A stretch of 64,000 nt of DNA, taken from positions 5,265,006-5,329,005 of the forward strand of contig NW_002060949.1 of NCBI RefSeq assembly GCF_000150275.1, written 5' to 3'. Within the stretch, counting starts at the first letter, position 1. Each line of letters starts with the position of its first letter. Below the pieces are notes generated by a model that was not told the origin of the DNA, did no database searches, and saw nothing but the letters and a program-made list of their open reading frames with translations. Both the position numbers and the translations under genes were made by a program. Positions 55,961-64,000 of the stretch are shown here, piece by piece. Source of the DNA: Trichoplax adhaerens. Lineage: Eukaryota > Animalia > Placozoa.

Positions 55961-57053
55961 TCCTAATTAGAAGCTGTCCAGTTTAAGGGATTCTCAGTAC
56001 AAACCAGACACGTAAAAAATGTAGTCATTACGATGGGCCTCTGACATGTAATCATTTGTCTGGGCTTAGCAACAGCAATTGCCGAAGATACCATATAAAA
56101 ATGTTGGTATTGTATTGATTTCGATTAAACTAGCCTTCAAGGAAAGAGGAAATAGTTATGTCTGGATAAATCATCTATGTAATCATTAGACGAGGCTTGG
56201 CAACAACAATTGCAAAAAACATCGACATAAAATTAATTTTAATTGAACTAGCCTTAGAGGAAAGAGAAAATAATTATCTCTGGATATATCAGCATCACTT
56301 TATGAGCATAAAACAATTTAAAACATGAAATATATTTCACGTTATACTGCGATTTTTAAGTTATAATATTATAAAATAAAATTAACTTCTAACTCTTGTT
56401 TAAAATACGACTTATGCGGTGAAAATATGCTCCAGTAACAAGGACTTAAATCAGATCAGTAAATAATTTTTTGTAAATTCAAATCTACTAATAAACGTGG
56501 AATTAGCTATCGCGATCATTATTACAGAAGTATAGTACATCCTTAATTTTATGATTGTCTGAAGTTGACTATACTGTATCAGTAAACAAATAAAGAACGC
56601 GTGCTTATATAACACTGGTATCATACCATGTCAGAAGAGGAGATTATAGTTGTATGTAGCTGTATTAGCTATATACTGTACAGCAGTATTGAGTGGATGA
56701 CAATTTTACTACTGCCTTATTAAGATTAATTACTATTTCATATTCATCAATATTTTTATCATTAACTATTCCACTTAACAGCAATTGCGTATAGTGTACT
56801 TTAGTGTATCATACTAGCACGAATGCCACAGTACGGTAGAAGTACTGCCAATAGACCAGTAATTTACTGAATGATGCTCAAGTGCCTAGAGCCCACCCAT
56901 CCACCCCCACCCCCTACCGTGTGCTTTAATGCTGCAAACCATACTGATCCGTGCAATCAGAATTCGCACTGTAGTCAGTATGGGTGACAATGGATGTTTG
57001 AGTCACTATTACTGTCACGGGACCGGTATTAAGTAGAACCAATCAACTCCGAC

Positions 57054-57117
57054 GTTAACATGGTTACGGGTAACGAATCGACGTCAACCAATCTGACTTA
57101 ACGGTTGCAATAGCAAC
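57054..57117 (+). promoter_or_regulatory. X-box cluster (RFX) with CCAAT and Myb-like sites upstream of LRRC9
   Basis: GTTAACATGGTTAC (57054-57067), GTTACGGGTAAC (57063-57074), GTTGCAATAGCAAC (57104-57117). AACCAATC near 57037 and 57086; TAACGG at 57099. Confidence 0.7.
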
Positions 57118-57400
57118 GACTACTATGATAATATGTAACAGCCAACTAATAACTAACTAGAACTTTAGATGCAGCCTAATAAATGCAAAGGGATCGAAAT
57201 TCAGTAGCAAATCTAATAATTGATGTTGTTATAGAACTATGTTGATTATTTAAGCGTACTGTATCAACCTTCTCGAGTAATGAGAGCGTAGTAAAAGGCA
57301 ATAATTAATTATTCTACCCCTGTGTATAGCTGTGTACATAATTGCGCCATTAAAACTTATAAAATTTGTATTCGATTCCGAGAATTAATTCAATACAAGG

Positions 57401-63425
<6,025 letters not shown>

Positions 63426-63429
63426 GTAA

Positions 63430-64000
63430 TTTGAAACGTATGCGATTGTTAATACTCGTATTGCAATCTAATATTGGTAGCTAGCCTATCGTTATTGCAA
63501 TACAGTTATATTCAATATATCATGAAGTGCTAGAATAAGTAGTCGTTTAGAAGGTCAATTTAAAATTGCAACTCGGAAAAGTAGCTGAAACGTATGAGAT
63601 TGCAAATATTTTTACTAGGTGATACTATAAGTACAGAATAGTAATATGGGTATCCTATCTCGTTATTGCAACACGTTTATATGCTTAACATGTCTTATAG
63701 TGCTATTATCAGTAATCAAGTACAAGGCAATTTGGAGATCTCCATTTAGAAAGATTACTAAACCATATGAGATTGCAAGTAGTCGTTTTGTAATACACAG
63801 TACAGTAGATATCAGTAAATATGCTAGCCTATCTCGTTATTACAGCACAATTTAAGGTTCAGTTTGTCTTGTAGTAAGTACTACAGTAAGTAGCCATCCA
63901 CCAATCAATTTTGAAATTTCGATTTCGATTTAGAAGGATACCTGAACTGTATGAGATTGCAATACTCGTTTTGTAATAGGCATTATCTTGTTATTACTGC
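63430..64000. repeat. Degenerate intronic repeat
   Basis: Recurring TATG(A/C)GATTG(C/T)(A/T)A (about 63440, 63593, 63766, 63950) and GCTAGCCTATC(TC)GTTATT(G/A)CA blocks. Confidence 0.7.

Overview
Gene-dense, AT-rich animal genomic DNA with many short GT-AG introns. The compact architecture suggests an early-branching metazoan such as a placozoan (inference only). Nine spliced protein-coding genes can be reconstructed by eye: a partial ZNF512-like zinc-finger gene (-), KIF13 (+), a PYCR3-like P5C reductase (+), PSMF1/PI31 (+), PTP4A/PRL (-), SERINC (-), DNALI1 (+), NMD3 (+) and a partial LRRC9 (+). Non-coding DNA holds several tandem arrays (67 bp, ~98 bp, hairpin-rich ~180-200 bp units), a ~560-bp tandem duplication and a 132-bp Tc1/mariner-type MITE. 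The strongest unexplained signal is the saturation of promoter regions with 5-nt-periodic TACAGTA/TACTGTA chains. These match the canonical Tc1/mariner excision footprint, two before/after comparisons are visible inside local repeats, and a CAG-ended, TA-flanked MITE sits in the densest cluster. Also notable: a long, structured, uORF-rich candidate PRL leader, RFX X-boxes upstream of both motile-cilia genes, and an obligatory 13-nt KIF13 microexon. All exon structures were read manually; no searches were run.
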